Origin: a virus | Taxonomy: Duplodnaviria > Caudoviricetes | Length of the DNA: 48,149 bases | Virus record (IMG/VR): IMGVR_UViG_3300012913_000001 | Span: 1 to 48,149 of that record | Reading direction: 5' to 3' (one strand) | Shown here: one piece after another, positions 1-8,465 of the stretch | Layout of the letters: every line of letters begins with the position of its first letter | How positions within the stretch are numbered: the stretch's first letter is position 1 | Notes under the pieces: generated by a model | Told to the model about the DNA's origin: nothing | Databases searched by the model: none | The model's input: only the letters and a program-made list of their open reading frames with translations | Program-made: the position numbers and the translations under genes

Positions 1-123
1 ACGAAGAAGCTCCACGGCCCGGTTGGGGATGGCGTACCCGAAGCCCGGAATCACGGTGGTGTCCACCCCACCCTGAAGCGGCAACCGAGCCGGCCCCCGC
101 TGTGTCTCCCACAGGTGGGCGAG
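1..123. repeat. Terminal direct repeat, left copy (circular assembly overlap)
   Basis: 1-123 is identical to 48027-48149; an ORF reads through the junction. Confidence 0.97.
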
Positions 124-810
124 AATCAGTTTGGACGCCTGAACGATGTTGGCCGGGATCGGCCGGCGACCGGCCACGTACGTGATCTCATACGGGCCCA
201 CCGGAAACGGAAGCCCGGTGAGCCGACGAATTCGCCCGTCCGTGTCGACTTTCAGCAGAGCCGGGGTGTAGCTCGTGCCTGATGTGAGATAGGGCCCGAT
301 CGACGTGATGCTGAGAACGGGGGTCACCGACGTCCGGATGACGTAGCTTCCACCTTCCGCATAATCGATCACTGTTCGAGGAACACACGCGCCCACCATC
401 TCTTCAATCATGGGGGTGATTCCTGCCAGCCAGTCCACGATTTCAGCGTCATCAGTGGTGTCGTCCAAGGAAATGTTCAGATGCTTCTTCGCCGCTGGAA
501 GACTGAGAATCCACCGGGGATTCGTCGACGTCACCGGAATCACTTCGGTGTACTTGACAATTCGTCCGGTGGCCATCGTGAACGTCCACAGCCCGATGTG
601 ATCCCCTTCCTGGACGGAAGGAGTCAGATCGTAGACGTATTTCCCAGTTGTGGCAGGAGGATTCGTGACCGGGGGAGTTCCCCCGGACGTGCCGTCCGGC
701 AACGTAATCGCGAGCGCGACTGATGTCGCGTTGACGAGTACTCCACCGTAAGCGGGGTCCTTGTCATATAGACTCGCACTAAAATTCAGTGTAGAACCAA
801 GAACGGGCAT
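1..810 (-). CDS. Head-to-tail adaptor (gp6/gp15-like) with N-terminal Ig/BppU-like extension; 5' part, continues at 48026-47997
   Basis: Not in ORF track. Manual translation from ATG at 810 (overlapping the upstream stop): MPVLGSTLNF...SLPAAKKHLNI..DDAEI...ITYVAGR..IPANIVQASKLILAHLWETQR. Open to base 1, ends at TGA 47997; ~279 aa. Confidence 0.85.
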   Translation of the reverse strand, partial: MPVLGSTLNFSASLYDKDPAYGGVLVNATSVALAITLPDGTSGGTPPVTNPPATTGKYVYDLTPSVQEGDHIGLWTFTMATGRIVKYTEVIPVTSTNPRWILSLPAAKKHLNISLDDTTDDAEIVDWLAGITPMIEEMVGACVPRTVIDYAEGGSYVIRTSVTPVLSITSIGPYLTSGTSYTPALLKVDTDGRIRRLTGLPFPVGPYEITYVAGRRPIPANIVQASKLILAHLWETQRGPARLPLQGGVDTTVIPGFGYAIPNRAVELLR

Positions 811-2231
811 CAGTACCACCTTTTAGCTCTGAGTCGCGCACTAACTAAGTTGGCAACAAATTGGTACCCAGTAGAATTCAGATGAATAGCGTCCGAAGCA
901 TACGAAGCACCAATCTGATCGTTAGCACCTCCGCTAGCCGCAACAAGCGGAGTTCGCACGTCCAAATAGTTATTAGGGTACGTTGACGCAATCGCAGCGT
1001 TTATTGCCGCAATCTGGTTGTACCCGGTTGTTCCAGTTATTTCGCTACCGTCTGATTTATTAATCACAGACAATACAAGAAACCGCTTATGCGTAAGTTT
1101 AGCCACCATCTCAGCAATGTCCGCCATTACTACTGAGACATCTGTAATATTGTTTCTACCTACCCAAAACACGTTTGTCCATGAATTACGGGTGCTGTCC
1201 GCAATCATTCTAGTTTTGATTTGAGTAGAGGTTTCTCCGCCAACTCCCCCGTTGTAAACCCCAGATCGGGGAATCCTAACAAGCCGTAAAGTTTCCGGGT
1301 AGTTGGTATTGGCGGTTCCACCGGTGCCGAATGTCAGAGAATCACCCCAGGTTGCTACCGGAGCGGGTCCAGCAGCAACCGCAATCAGATTCGCGGGAGA
1401 TAACGCGAAAGGAAGAAACCGGATACGACTAATCCATCCGGCAAAACCTCCACCACCCAGCTCTAGTGTCGTACGTGTATTCGCAGCCGGGGCCCCCCCA
1501 CTGAGAGAGCTGCCAAACCGACTACCGTCACTCCACGCAAATCCGCTTGCTACTACTGACATTGCAAGCGTCCGGGTTCCTCCATACCACGATTGAATAT
1601 CCCCCAGTGCCGCGTTGACGTTGACGACTCCACCGGCTTGAACAAGAAATGTTGGCTGATAATTTCCGTTTATACCGATAGTGGCTCGATTGGCTACAGT
1701 TCCGTCATTCAGAACGAAAATGTTTCCAGAGTTAGAAAACGAAGTAGGTCGGTTTACATCTAGAATTACGGTATAGCCCCCTGTTACCGGAAGAATGTTT
1801 ACCGGGTTAAACGCTATTTTACTATCTCCAGAAAGTTTTAGTCCAGCAGGTAAAAGCCAGCCGTTAACGCTAATTCTGTCAAACGCAGCAGTATTAATTG
1901 CTGCTGTCTGTGTATTGCCCAATGCATCTGTGTACGTCTGGGTAGTAGAGCATGTGTACGTTTCAAAGCCATACAGTGACATTTTGTCTGCGTAGTTCAA
2001 ATCAAGTACCGGTGGAGCCATGTCCAAAGATGAAAAACTGTGGTTCAAGTTCATCAGCGATGTGAGGTTTGAGCCAGTAGCCTGCGGAATTTCGATACTC
2101 TCTACAGCTCTACCTGAAGCGTCTACTGCCGTCAATGCCGCTGATTGAATTCCAGCGTTCATGTAAGCATCTCGTGCGGCATCGTACCGCGTGACTCTAT
2201 CTACGGCTGGGGTCGGTAGAGTGTACGCCAT
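810..2231 (-). CDS. SGNH/GDSL esterase-domain virion protein with LamG-like beta-sandwich region (putative receptor-binding/deacetylase)
   Basis: WGDSLT, NGGVGGETS, VGRNN and DAIHLN blocks of SGNH hydrolases; AT-rich relative to the genome. Confidence 0.8.
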   Translation of the reverse strand: MAYTLPTPAVDRVTRYDAARDAYMNAGIQSAALTAVDASGRAVESIEIPQATGSNLTSLMNLNHSFSSLDMAPPVLDLNYADKMSLYGFETYTCSTTQTYTDALGNTQTAAINTAAFDRISVNGWLLPAGLKLSGDSKIAFNPVNILPVTGGYTVILDVNRPTSFSNSGNIFVLNDGTVANRATIGINGNYQPTFLVQAGGVVNVNAALGDIQSWYGGTRTLAMSVVASGFAWSDGSRFGSSLSGGAPAANTRTTLELGGGGFAGWISRIRFLPFALSPANLIAVAAGPAPVATWGDSLTFGTGGTANTNYPETLRLVRIPRSGVYNGGVGGETSTQIKTRMIADSTRNSWTNVFWVGRNNITDVSVVMADIAEMVAKLTHKRFLVLSVINKSDGSEITGTTGYNQIAAINAAIASTYPNNYLDVRTPLVAASGGANDQIGASYASDAIHLNSTGYQFVANLVSARLRAKRWY

Positions 2232-2232
2232 T

Positions 2233-3576
2233 TCAAGATCCAATCGTAAACGGGATCAACGCAGAAACAAGCGAAGAATCAGGGTCATCTGGAATAAACA
2301 GCGCATTAGAGCCAATCCATGTAAATCCAGAGATGCCAGGCCCAACACTAGGCATATCGCTTGCGCCAAGCCCCACGTAGGGCTCTGTTCGTAATGACCC
2401 AGACACAGCAAAACCTGTTATAGCAGTAGGGAGCTCCCCAGCGGCGCCCACGACTCCCGACGCCACGAACAGGTCCGACGTGGCCAGCGGAGCCGTAGTC
2501 AGCACCCCGATCCGGCCGGTGCCCACGAGCGAGTCCGACGTCGCCAGCGGCGCCGTGGTCTGCACCCCGATCCGGCCGGTAGCCACGAGCGCGTCCGTGG
2601 TGACCAGCGGCGCGCTCCCAGCTGCGCTGGCCACGGTGCCGGCCGCTGTGAAGCCGTCTGTGGTCGCCAGCGGCGCCGTGGTCTGCACCCCGATCCGGCC
2701 GGTGCCCACGAGCGAGTCCGTGGTGCTCAGGGGAGCTGTAGTGGTGACGCCGACAGCCCCAGCCGCAGTGAACGCGTCCGTGGTCACCAGCGGAGCCGAG
2801 AGCCCCACGAAGCCGGACGCCGTGAAGCTGTCCGTGGTGCTCAGGGGTGCGCTCTGGCCCACGAAGCCGGCCGCACTGAAGCTGTCTGTGGTCGGGAGTC
2901 CCAACGTCGTGGTGACGAGTGGAACCTCAATTTCCGTACCGCGCCCGATGTCTTGACGCATGTCGTCAAGGTGATAGCTGACGTTGCTCGTTCCACCGGC
3001 TTTACCCCAGCGAACGGCGTCGATCGCAGCGGCCGTACCCCCGGACGTCGTAGGCACGGAGAACAGAAGGGCCCCGTTGACGTCATAGACGTTGGCCGTC
3101 ATCGTGGCCGCGCTCGCGACCCCGGTAGCTCCGGTGAGTACAGTTTCGATCAGACACCACGTGTTGTTCGGAATGGTGCCCGTGCTCAGGGTTCCAGCTC
3201 CGCCGGTCACGATGACGCATCGGAGTTGGTTTGTCGCAGAAAGCTGAAGCCGTGCCTGAGCCGCGCTGGACCCCCGGAAAGTCACCGGTCCCTGAATTTC
3301 AGCAGTCGGAGAACTTGTGATGTAGATCCAGGTATGCGCCGCTGCTTGATTGGCGGACGTGTCGCTTGCTTCTGCGATGGTCGCGGTTGTGGTGGTGGTG
3401 ACGTTCCACAACGCGGATACGGTTCCGTATCTCGCCTGTGCCGTTGAGTACTTCAGGAACCCGGAAACACCCTGTGATACAAGCGAAAACGCAGCATCAC
3501 CGAAGTCATCAGACGTTGCGACATCGATGTTTACGCCGTTGGTCTGGCCTTCAAACCCCCATGCTTTAAGGGTCAT
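2233..3576 (-). CDS. Putative fibre/minor structural protein with tandem ~18-20 aa repeats
   Basis: Start MTLKAWGF overlaps upstream stop (TAATG); T/A/G-rich; repeats APL(A/S)T(T/S)D(S/A)(F/L)x(A/G)xGxVG. Confidence 0.6.
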   Translation of the reverse strand: MTLKAWGFEGQTNGVNIDVATSDDFGDAAFSLVSQGVSGFLKYSTAQARYGTVSALWNVTTTTTATIAEASDTSANQAAAHTWIYITSSPTAEIQGPVTFRGSSAAQARLQLSATNQLRCVIVTGGAGTLSTGTIPNNTWCLIETVLTGATGVASAATMTANVYDVNGALLFSVPTTSGGTAAAIDAVRWGKAGGTSNVSYHLDDMRQDIGRGTEIEVPLVTTTLGLPTTDSFSAAGFVGQSAPLSTTDSFTASGFVGLSAPLVTTDAFTAAGAVGVTTTAPLSTTDSLVGTGRIGVQTTAPLATTDGFTAAGTVASAAGSAPLVTTDALVATGRIGVQTTAPLATSDSLVGTGRIGVLTTAPLATSDLFVASGVVGAAGELPTAITGFAVSGSLRTEPYVGLGASDMPSVGPGISGFTWIGSNALFIPDDPDSSLVSALIPFTIGS

Positions 3577-4712
3577 TAAAACCTCACCGTAATGAGTCCG
3601 CCATCCAAGTGGGTATTGGCGTCCGTACCGGTGGTCGGGATCGTGGCGTGTCCGGCCCAGTTTCCGTTCAGGTCCACGGTGTGCCCCTGAAGTCCCTGGG
3701 ACCGGTCGAACTTGACGTTTGACATCGTGCCCCACGAAATACCGCTACCCGGATAGGGATTCGCGGCGGACTGAACGGGAACCTCGCCACCGTAGATGAT
3801 TCCGTTGACGAACCGGAAACCAGCAGAGTATCCCTGAGAACTGTTGCACATCAAGGCAGACCAATCAGTCCGGCTCAGTTCCCCGGTGCTGGCCAGTCCG
3901 GTGCCGTTCGACACCCAGGGCAGTGGGCGGGCTGGATGCGTCGAATCCAGGAACGGTGAGGCATACGGTCCACCATCCGGCAACGACCCCATCGGAACAC
4001 AAATGAACGGGCCGGCATCCGGGAGTGCCCATGCTTCCTCGACCGTGTAGACGTGGCCGGACGCGGACTGAAGGAAGAAATGGGCGACCTGGCGTCCGGG
4101 CCGTGCGTCGATCACGAAGTCTTCAAAGTCGGTGCCGACACCCCCGAACTGCTGAATACCGTCGTTGTGCGTCACCGTGTCGTTGTTGCCGGCAAGGGTT
4201 TTCGACGCGGACGTGAGCCTGCCCAGTCGCCGGATCATCACTCGCCGGCCGATCATTCCGGTGGCCCAGCCCGCTCCGGTGGCCGCGAACTGGGCCCCGT
4301 TGCTGATCGAGATGCCGTCGGTGGTTCCCTCGATCAAGACGTCGTACAGCTCCACATCGTGGCCACTGATGGCGTTCTTCTCGTTCAGAAATTTAGGGTG
4401 AAACCACCCGTGGTTCACCTTGACGCGTTTGGCTGCAATGTTGGTAGTTGTCAGTAGCGCATTCACGGAATTGTCTCCCGTGAACACACATTCGTTCAGT
4501 TCGACATCCGGGGCCGTAACGGAAACTCGGGCCCCATCGAACAGAACGTTTGAAATCACCTGGCCTGGAGTGGAATACGTGACGTTGGTCGTTCTGACCG
4601 ACGTCACTGCGCCCATCAGGTAATCCGTGTTTGCCCCCGCCACAACGACCGACGTCGAGGCGGAAGCGCTGTGGCCACCCGCGTCGGTAACGGTGGCTGT
4701 GACAGTGAGCAC
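3576..4712 (-). CDS. Putative right-handed beta-helix (pectin-lyase-like) virion protein
   Basis: N/G/T-rich beta repeats, DGISI, HNDGIQQFGG motif; located in virion operon. Confidence 0.55.
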   Translation of the reverse strand: MLTVTATVTDAGGHSASASTSVVVAGANTDYLMGAVTSVRTTNVTYSTPGQVISNVLFDGARVSVTAPDVELNECVFTGDNSVNALLTTTNIAAKRVKVNHGWFHPKFLNEKNAISGHDVELYDVLIEGTTDGISISNGAQFAATGAGWATGMIGRRVMIRRLGRLTSASKTLAGNNDTVTHNDGIQQFGGVGTDFEDFVIDARPGRQVAHFFLQSASGHVYTVEEAWALPDAGPFICVPMGSLPDGGPYASPFLDSTHPARPLPWVSNGTGLASTGELSRTDWSALMCNSSQGYSAGFRFVNGIIYGGEVPVQSAANPYPGSGISWGTMSNVKFDRSQGLQGHTVDLNGNWAGHATIPTTGTDANTHLDGGLITVRF

Positions 4713-4715
4713 CGA

Positions 4716-4988
4716 TCAGGCCGTAGCAGTCAAAACGGTCTGGTTCAGGGTGGCCGCCACGATGGTCCAAACCCGGGCAGGATTGGAGACGACATTCACC
4801 GTTCCGCCGTCGATCGTGACATTCACTGAGCCTGGCGCACTGACGTTTCCCTGGCTGTCCGTGACCGTACTCGTTATCGTCATCAGAGCCCGGTCGGTGT
4901 CGGTGTGGTTGACAGTCAGCGTGATAAGCCCCCCGGGAGGAGCTACCGGGGAACCCGTGGTCATGGACGTGATTACCGGATTCGCCAC
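4716..4988 (-). CDS. Small Ig/PKD-like virion protein, in frame with downstream ORF
   Basis: PVITS...ITLTV...TVTDSQGN beta-sandwich pattern. Confidence 0.55.
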   Translation of the reverse strand: MANPVITSMTTGSPVAPPGGLITLTVNHTDTDRALMTITSTVTDSQGNVSAPGSVNVTIDGGTVNVVSNPARVWTIVAATLNQTVLTATA

Positions 4989-4992
4989 CGGG

Positions 4993-5382
4993 TCACGCAG
5001 CGATCGGGGTACGGGACGCGGTGAGCGTCGTGATCGTGAGCGTGTTCGTCGACACCCACGGAAGCGCTACGGAAAGCTGAACAGAGCCGATGAACACACC
5101 ACCGGAGGAAAGCGTCCAGAGCGACAGGTCCGTGATGGTTTCCGACGTTCCGCCGTTGGTCCACGCAGCCAGTGACGCGAGGGTCATGGTCGCGGTTCCA
5201 CCGGTGGAGTTCCACGTCACCGCGTTCCGCGTGGTCGATCCCACGGAAATGGCTGTGGTGCCGGCGGCCCCGGGATCGGCGGTGTGGAGCTGAGCGAACA
5301 CGGCGCTGAACGCGCTCGCCGCGCTTCCACGGAACCGCTCCAGCTCCGCTGAAGCGGTAGCAACGGCAATACCTCTGGTCAT
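4993..5382 (-). CDS. Small conserved virion/fibre protein
   Basis: ATG at 5382 (MTRGIAV); AQLHTADPGAAGT motif typical of small actinophage fibre proteins. Confidence 0.65.
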   Translation of the reverse strand: MTRGIAVATASAELERFRGSAASAFSAVFAQLHTADPGAAGTTAISVGSTTRNAVTWNSTGGTATMTLASLAAWTNGGTSETITDLSLWTLSSGGVFIGSVQLSVALPWVSTNTLTITTLTASRTPIAA

Positions 5383-5483
5383 TTCGGCTCCGGGTAGCAG
5401 ATTCGGCAATCGGGGGTGCACGGTGCGTGGTGCTGGACGGAGCCGACCGCGACGAACACGGTCTGCGTGGTAAGGACATCCAC
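5379..5483 (-). CDS. Small Cys/His peptide (34 aa)
   Basis: GGAG RBS before GTG 5483; stop overlaps next start (ATGA). Confidence 0.4.
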   Translation of the reverse strand: MDVLTTQTVFVAVGSVQHHAPCTPDCRICYPEPK

Positions 5484-5505
5484 AGGATTCTCCACAGTCG
5501 GTGGA

Positions 5506-5535
5506 CCGGCCGGGGCTGAGGGAAACCCCGGCCGG
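5506..5535 (-). terminator. GC-rich hairpin after post-capsid gene
   Basis: CCGGCCGGGG...CCCCGGCCGG inverted repeat. Confidence 0.5.
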
Positions 5536-5545
5536 CCGAACGGGT

Positions 5546-6091
5546 TCAGCGGCGCGAGCGCTCCGTCTGAGCCGACGCGTACGCGTCCGGGGTGATCCCG
5601 GGAGGGGTCTGCTGCCACCCACCGGGGGTCAGGTACAGATCCGACGTGTGCTCCGGGCCGATGGCCGGGGGCGGGGGGACGGAACCGTTGGCGATGTCGG
5701 CCAGGTTCTGATCGGTCAGCTTGTACGCCTTGACGAAGTCGGCCGTGAGGTTCGGGGCCTTCTCCTGCGCAGCGGCCAGCAGCGCGTCTCCACCGGAATC
5801 CGGCTGGACACCGGGGGTGACGTCGGCCCGGATGTTGTCCGGGTCCACGAAGCTGACGCTGGACAGCGGGTCGGCCTGGAGATCGAATCCGTGCCGGCCC
5901 TGGAATCCCTTCTGGTCACCTTCGGTGAAGGTGTCGGAGCCGACGCGGGGATCGGGCACCTCTCCGGCCACCGGGGCGATGCTGGCACCTTCGGGCTGAT
6001 CGGCCACAACGACGGGCGTATCGGTTTCGGACGGCTTTTCGGACGGCTTCGGGGCCGTGGCCTTCTGAGCGGGCTTGCTGGTTTCGGTCAC
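5546..6091 (-). CDS. Hypothetical acidic protein following major capsid gene
   Basis: AGGAG RBS before GTG 6091; strong GC3 bias. Confidence 0.7.
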   Translation of the reverse strand: MTETSKPAQKATAPKPSEKPSETDTPVVVADQPEGASIAPVAGEVPDPRVGSDTFTEGDQKGFQGRHGFDLQADPLSSVSFVDPDNIRADVTPGVQPDSGGDALLAAAQEKAPNLTADFVKAYKLTDQNLADIANGSVPPPPAIGPEHTSDLYLTPGGWQQTPPGITPDAYASAQTERSRR

Positions 6092-6101
6092 AGAACTCTC
6101 C

Positions 6102-6117
6102 TGTTTCACGTGGAACA
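6102..6117. promoter_or_regulatory. parS: parS centromere-like site
   Basis: TGTTTCACGTGGAACA, reverse complement TGTTCCACGTGAAACA, matches the bacterial parS consensus TGTTNCACGTGAAACA at 16/16; intergenic. Confidence 0.75.
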
Positions 6118-6182
6118 CGAGTGGGGTCGGATCGGGCCCGACACTGGGGGATGTGCGAGCCCGATCCGGAACTGGGGGTGAA

Positions 6183-7658
6183 TCAGGTCAGGGTCGCGAA
6201 AACCCGGACGGCGGACGACGTGGAGACGTCCGCACCGACGCGCCAGAACGAGTACCAGGCACCCTGGCCGGTGGGCCGACGGTTCGCACCCAGCACGATC
6301 GGGTCGTAGACCACGGACATGCCGACGCGGTCCACGATGTAGTACTGGCGCGCGTCCAGGTAGGCCATGACCTTGTTGCCGGTGGTGTAGGTGCCCAGGA
6401 TCGACGTGGACTCCAGCACCGGCTTGCCCAGCATCACCGGGCCACCGGGGGTGTCCTGGAGAATCGGCGTGGTCGCGCCCGTGAACTGGGGGGTGTTCCG
6501 GAACACGTTCATCGTGTTCAGGTTCATCAACCAGACGTTGTTGGCGCGCGGGGTGCGCCACCGGGCCGGCAACGCAGCCTGGAGCGCGTACGCATCCTGA
6601 GCAGCCGGGCCAGCAGCCGCTGTACCCGCCCGGTTCTGGCTCGTTCCCCGGGGGATGACACCCCAGGGCTGGCCGGAGCCGGTACCGACCGCAAACGCGG
6701 CTTCCTCGATCCGGTCCTTGGCATCGGCCAGAAGCTCCGGGAGCTGAGCCGCGAAGTCCGAATCGCCGAGAACCTCGAACGAGCCGAACAGGTAGGCATC
6801 GGCCTTCTGCGGAGTGATCTTGAGCTGACCCACGGTCGGGCTGGCGTCCGCCGCCTCGATCCCTTCCGCCGTCCACTCAGCCGAAACACCGGCCGACGTG
6901 ACGCCGTTCCAATCGTTCGTCGTAGTGGTCTTGATCGTGGCGATCTGCCGATACGGGTTCGCGGAGCCCGCGTTGGTCAGAATGATCGTCGGGTCCAGGG
7001 TGAACGGCACGAGGTACCCACCGTTGGCCGACGTCAGGGACAGGGCCGCACGAGCGGCGTACCCTCCCGGGTCCACGAGGTACTGCTCGAAAGCGGCCAG
7101 GTACTCCGGGGAACCGGTGGCCAACATCTGCCGGGCGATGTTCGTCCCGAACTGCTTGCCACCCTTCTCGATCAGCTCCGCACACCGCGCCGCGCCGTCA
7201 CTCGGAAGCGCGTAGTGGTCGTCCCGAGTGTGGTAGCTGTCCACGACCTGAAGCGCCCGGCTCCGGATCTGAGCCGCGCCCATCGTGCCGTTGCGGACCG
7301 CCTCCATGTCCGAGAACGGGTCGGCCACGGTCTGACGGGTGTGGAGCCGGGGACCGGTGGAGCCGGACATCTGCTGGATGTTCGACCGAACGACCTGTTC
7401 CTGCTGGGGATCGGCACCGGCTTCGGCCCCGGCCTGCTCAGCAGCGATCTTGGCCTTCATCTCCGCGATCTTCTGGGCACGTTCCACGAGTGGAGCCTTT
7501 TCGGTCTCCAGCCCGTCGAACTCCTCCAGCAGGGTGTCAGCCCGGAGCTGAGTCTCCTCGGTCTCCTCGACCGTTTCCAGGGATTCGAGATCGGTCTTGA
7601 TCGCAGCCTGGCGGGTGACGATTTCACCCAGCCGACCGCGATACACGATTTCAGCCAC
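6183..7658 (-). CDS. Major capsid protein, HK97 family, with N-terminal coiled-coil delta domain
   Basis: NGGYLVP, WTAEG, GTGSGQPWG, LGKPV, YYIVDR motifs; downstream of protease. Confidence 0.95.
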   Translation of the reverse strand: MAEIVYRGRLGEIVTRQAAIKTDLESLETVEETEETQLRADTLLEEFDGLETEKAPLVERAQKIAEMKAKIAAEQAGAEAGADPQQEQVVRSNIQQMSGSTGPRLHTRQTVADPFSDMEAVRNGTMGAAQIRSRALQVVDSYHTRDDHYALPSDGAARCAELIEKGGKQFGTNIARQMLATGSPEYLAAFEQYLVDPGGYAARAALSLTSANGGYLVPFTLDPTIILTNAGSANPYRQIATIKTTTTNDWNGVTSAGVSAEWTAEGIEAADASPTVGQLKITPQKADAYLFGSFEVLGDSDFAAQLPELLADAKDRIEEAAFAVGTGSGQPWGVIPRGTSQNRAGTAAAGPAAQDAYALQAALPARWRTPRANNVWLMNLNTMNVFRNTPQFTGATTPILQDTPGGPVMLGKPVLESTSILGTYTTGNKVMAYLDARQYYIVDRVGMSVVYDPIVLGANRRPTGQGAWYSFWRVGADVSTSSAVRVFATLT

Positions 7659-7673
7659 GTTGGGCCACTTCCT

Positions 7674-8465
7674 CTACATGCCGCGTCGGATGCGCTCCCG
7701 CTTGATGTAGGCGGCGAGCGTTGTCGTTGCCCGAGTCGCGTGCTCACGCGGCGCTTCAGGCTGATCCGTCGGCTCTGTGGAGAGTGACGTGGGGGCCACC
7801 GGCTCCAGTGGAGTGGTGAGCCCCTCAAACTTCTGCCTCCACTCTAACCGTTCCTCTGGCGTCATGGCACTCAGGTCTGTCAAGAGAGTTGCCATCCGGG
7901 TTCCGAGAATCGCGGCTCCGGTGTACGCGGCGAATACGGCTGGACCGTACTCGCGCATGTCGATCTCTTTCCGGACGATCACCGGGAGAGATCTGCTGGA
8001 GTCGGACGACGCCCGGCCGTCCCGCACGGAGCGCATGAGCCGGCCGGAGTACGACTGAGCTGTGAGCGCTCCCTGTTTGATGGCGTCCAGCGTCCAATCC
8101 GCGAGCGGATTGTCCAGGTAGCGCGTGGCCGTGAAGACGCCTCGTTCATCGGCCTGGACGTCGATCGGGACACCGATCGGCATGGACGCGGCCGGATTGG
8201 GCTGGCCGTCGATCGTGCGTGCATGGTTGAACAGCACCCCGAATCGGCCGTTGCCCCCACCTTTCGGGCCCTTGTCCGCAATCGTCTTGTTGAACGACGT
8301 CGGGTCGTTCGACTCGAAATAGTGGCCGTCTTGGTCGCGAATCTCTGAACGCTGGTTGAAAACAGCGGCGTACGCCTCGACCACTCGGCCGGAGCCGTCC
8401 GATCGGATCGTCAGATCGTCCAGGGCGTAGATCCGCTCAACGGGCCGGACGTGGAAATCACTCAT
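7674..8465 (-). CDS. HK97-family prohead maturation protease
   Basis: YAAVFN, VLFNH, PIG, QSYSG, EYGP motifs; between portal and capsid. Confidence 0.9.
   Translation of the reverse strand: MSDFHVRPVERIYALDDLTIRSDGSGRVVEAYAAVFNQRSEIRDQDGHYFESNDPTSFNKTIADKGPKGGGNGRFGVLFNHARTIDGQPNPAASMPIGVPIDVQADERGVFTATRYLDNPLADWTLDAIKQGALTAQSYSGRLMRSVRDGRASSDSSRSLPVIVRKEIDMREYGPAVFAAYTGAAILGTRMATLLTDLSAMTPEERLEWRQKFEGLTTPLEPVAPTSLSTEPTDQPEAPREHATRATTTLAAYIKRERIRRGM

Noticed and set aside
1-123. Biological terminal repeat or att site
   Set aside because: It lies mid-gene, far from the packaging region; best explained as assembler overlap
6075-7787. 570-aa plus-strand ORF and similar long antisense ORFs (8702-9790, 20994-22211, 22081-23082)
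   Set aside because: Shadow ORFs of high-GC genes on the opposite strand; no motifs or RBS
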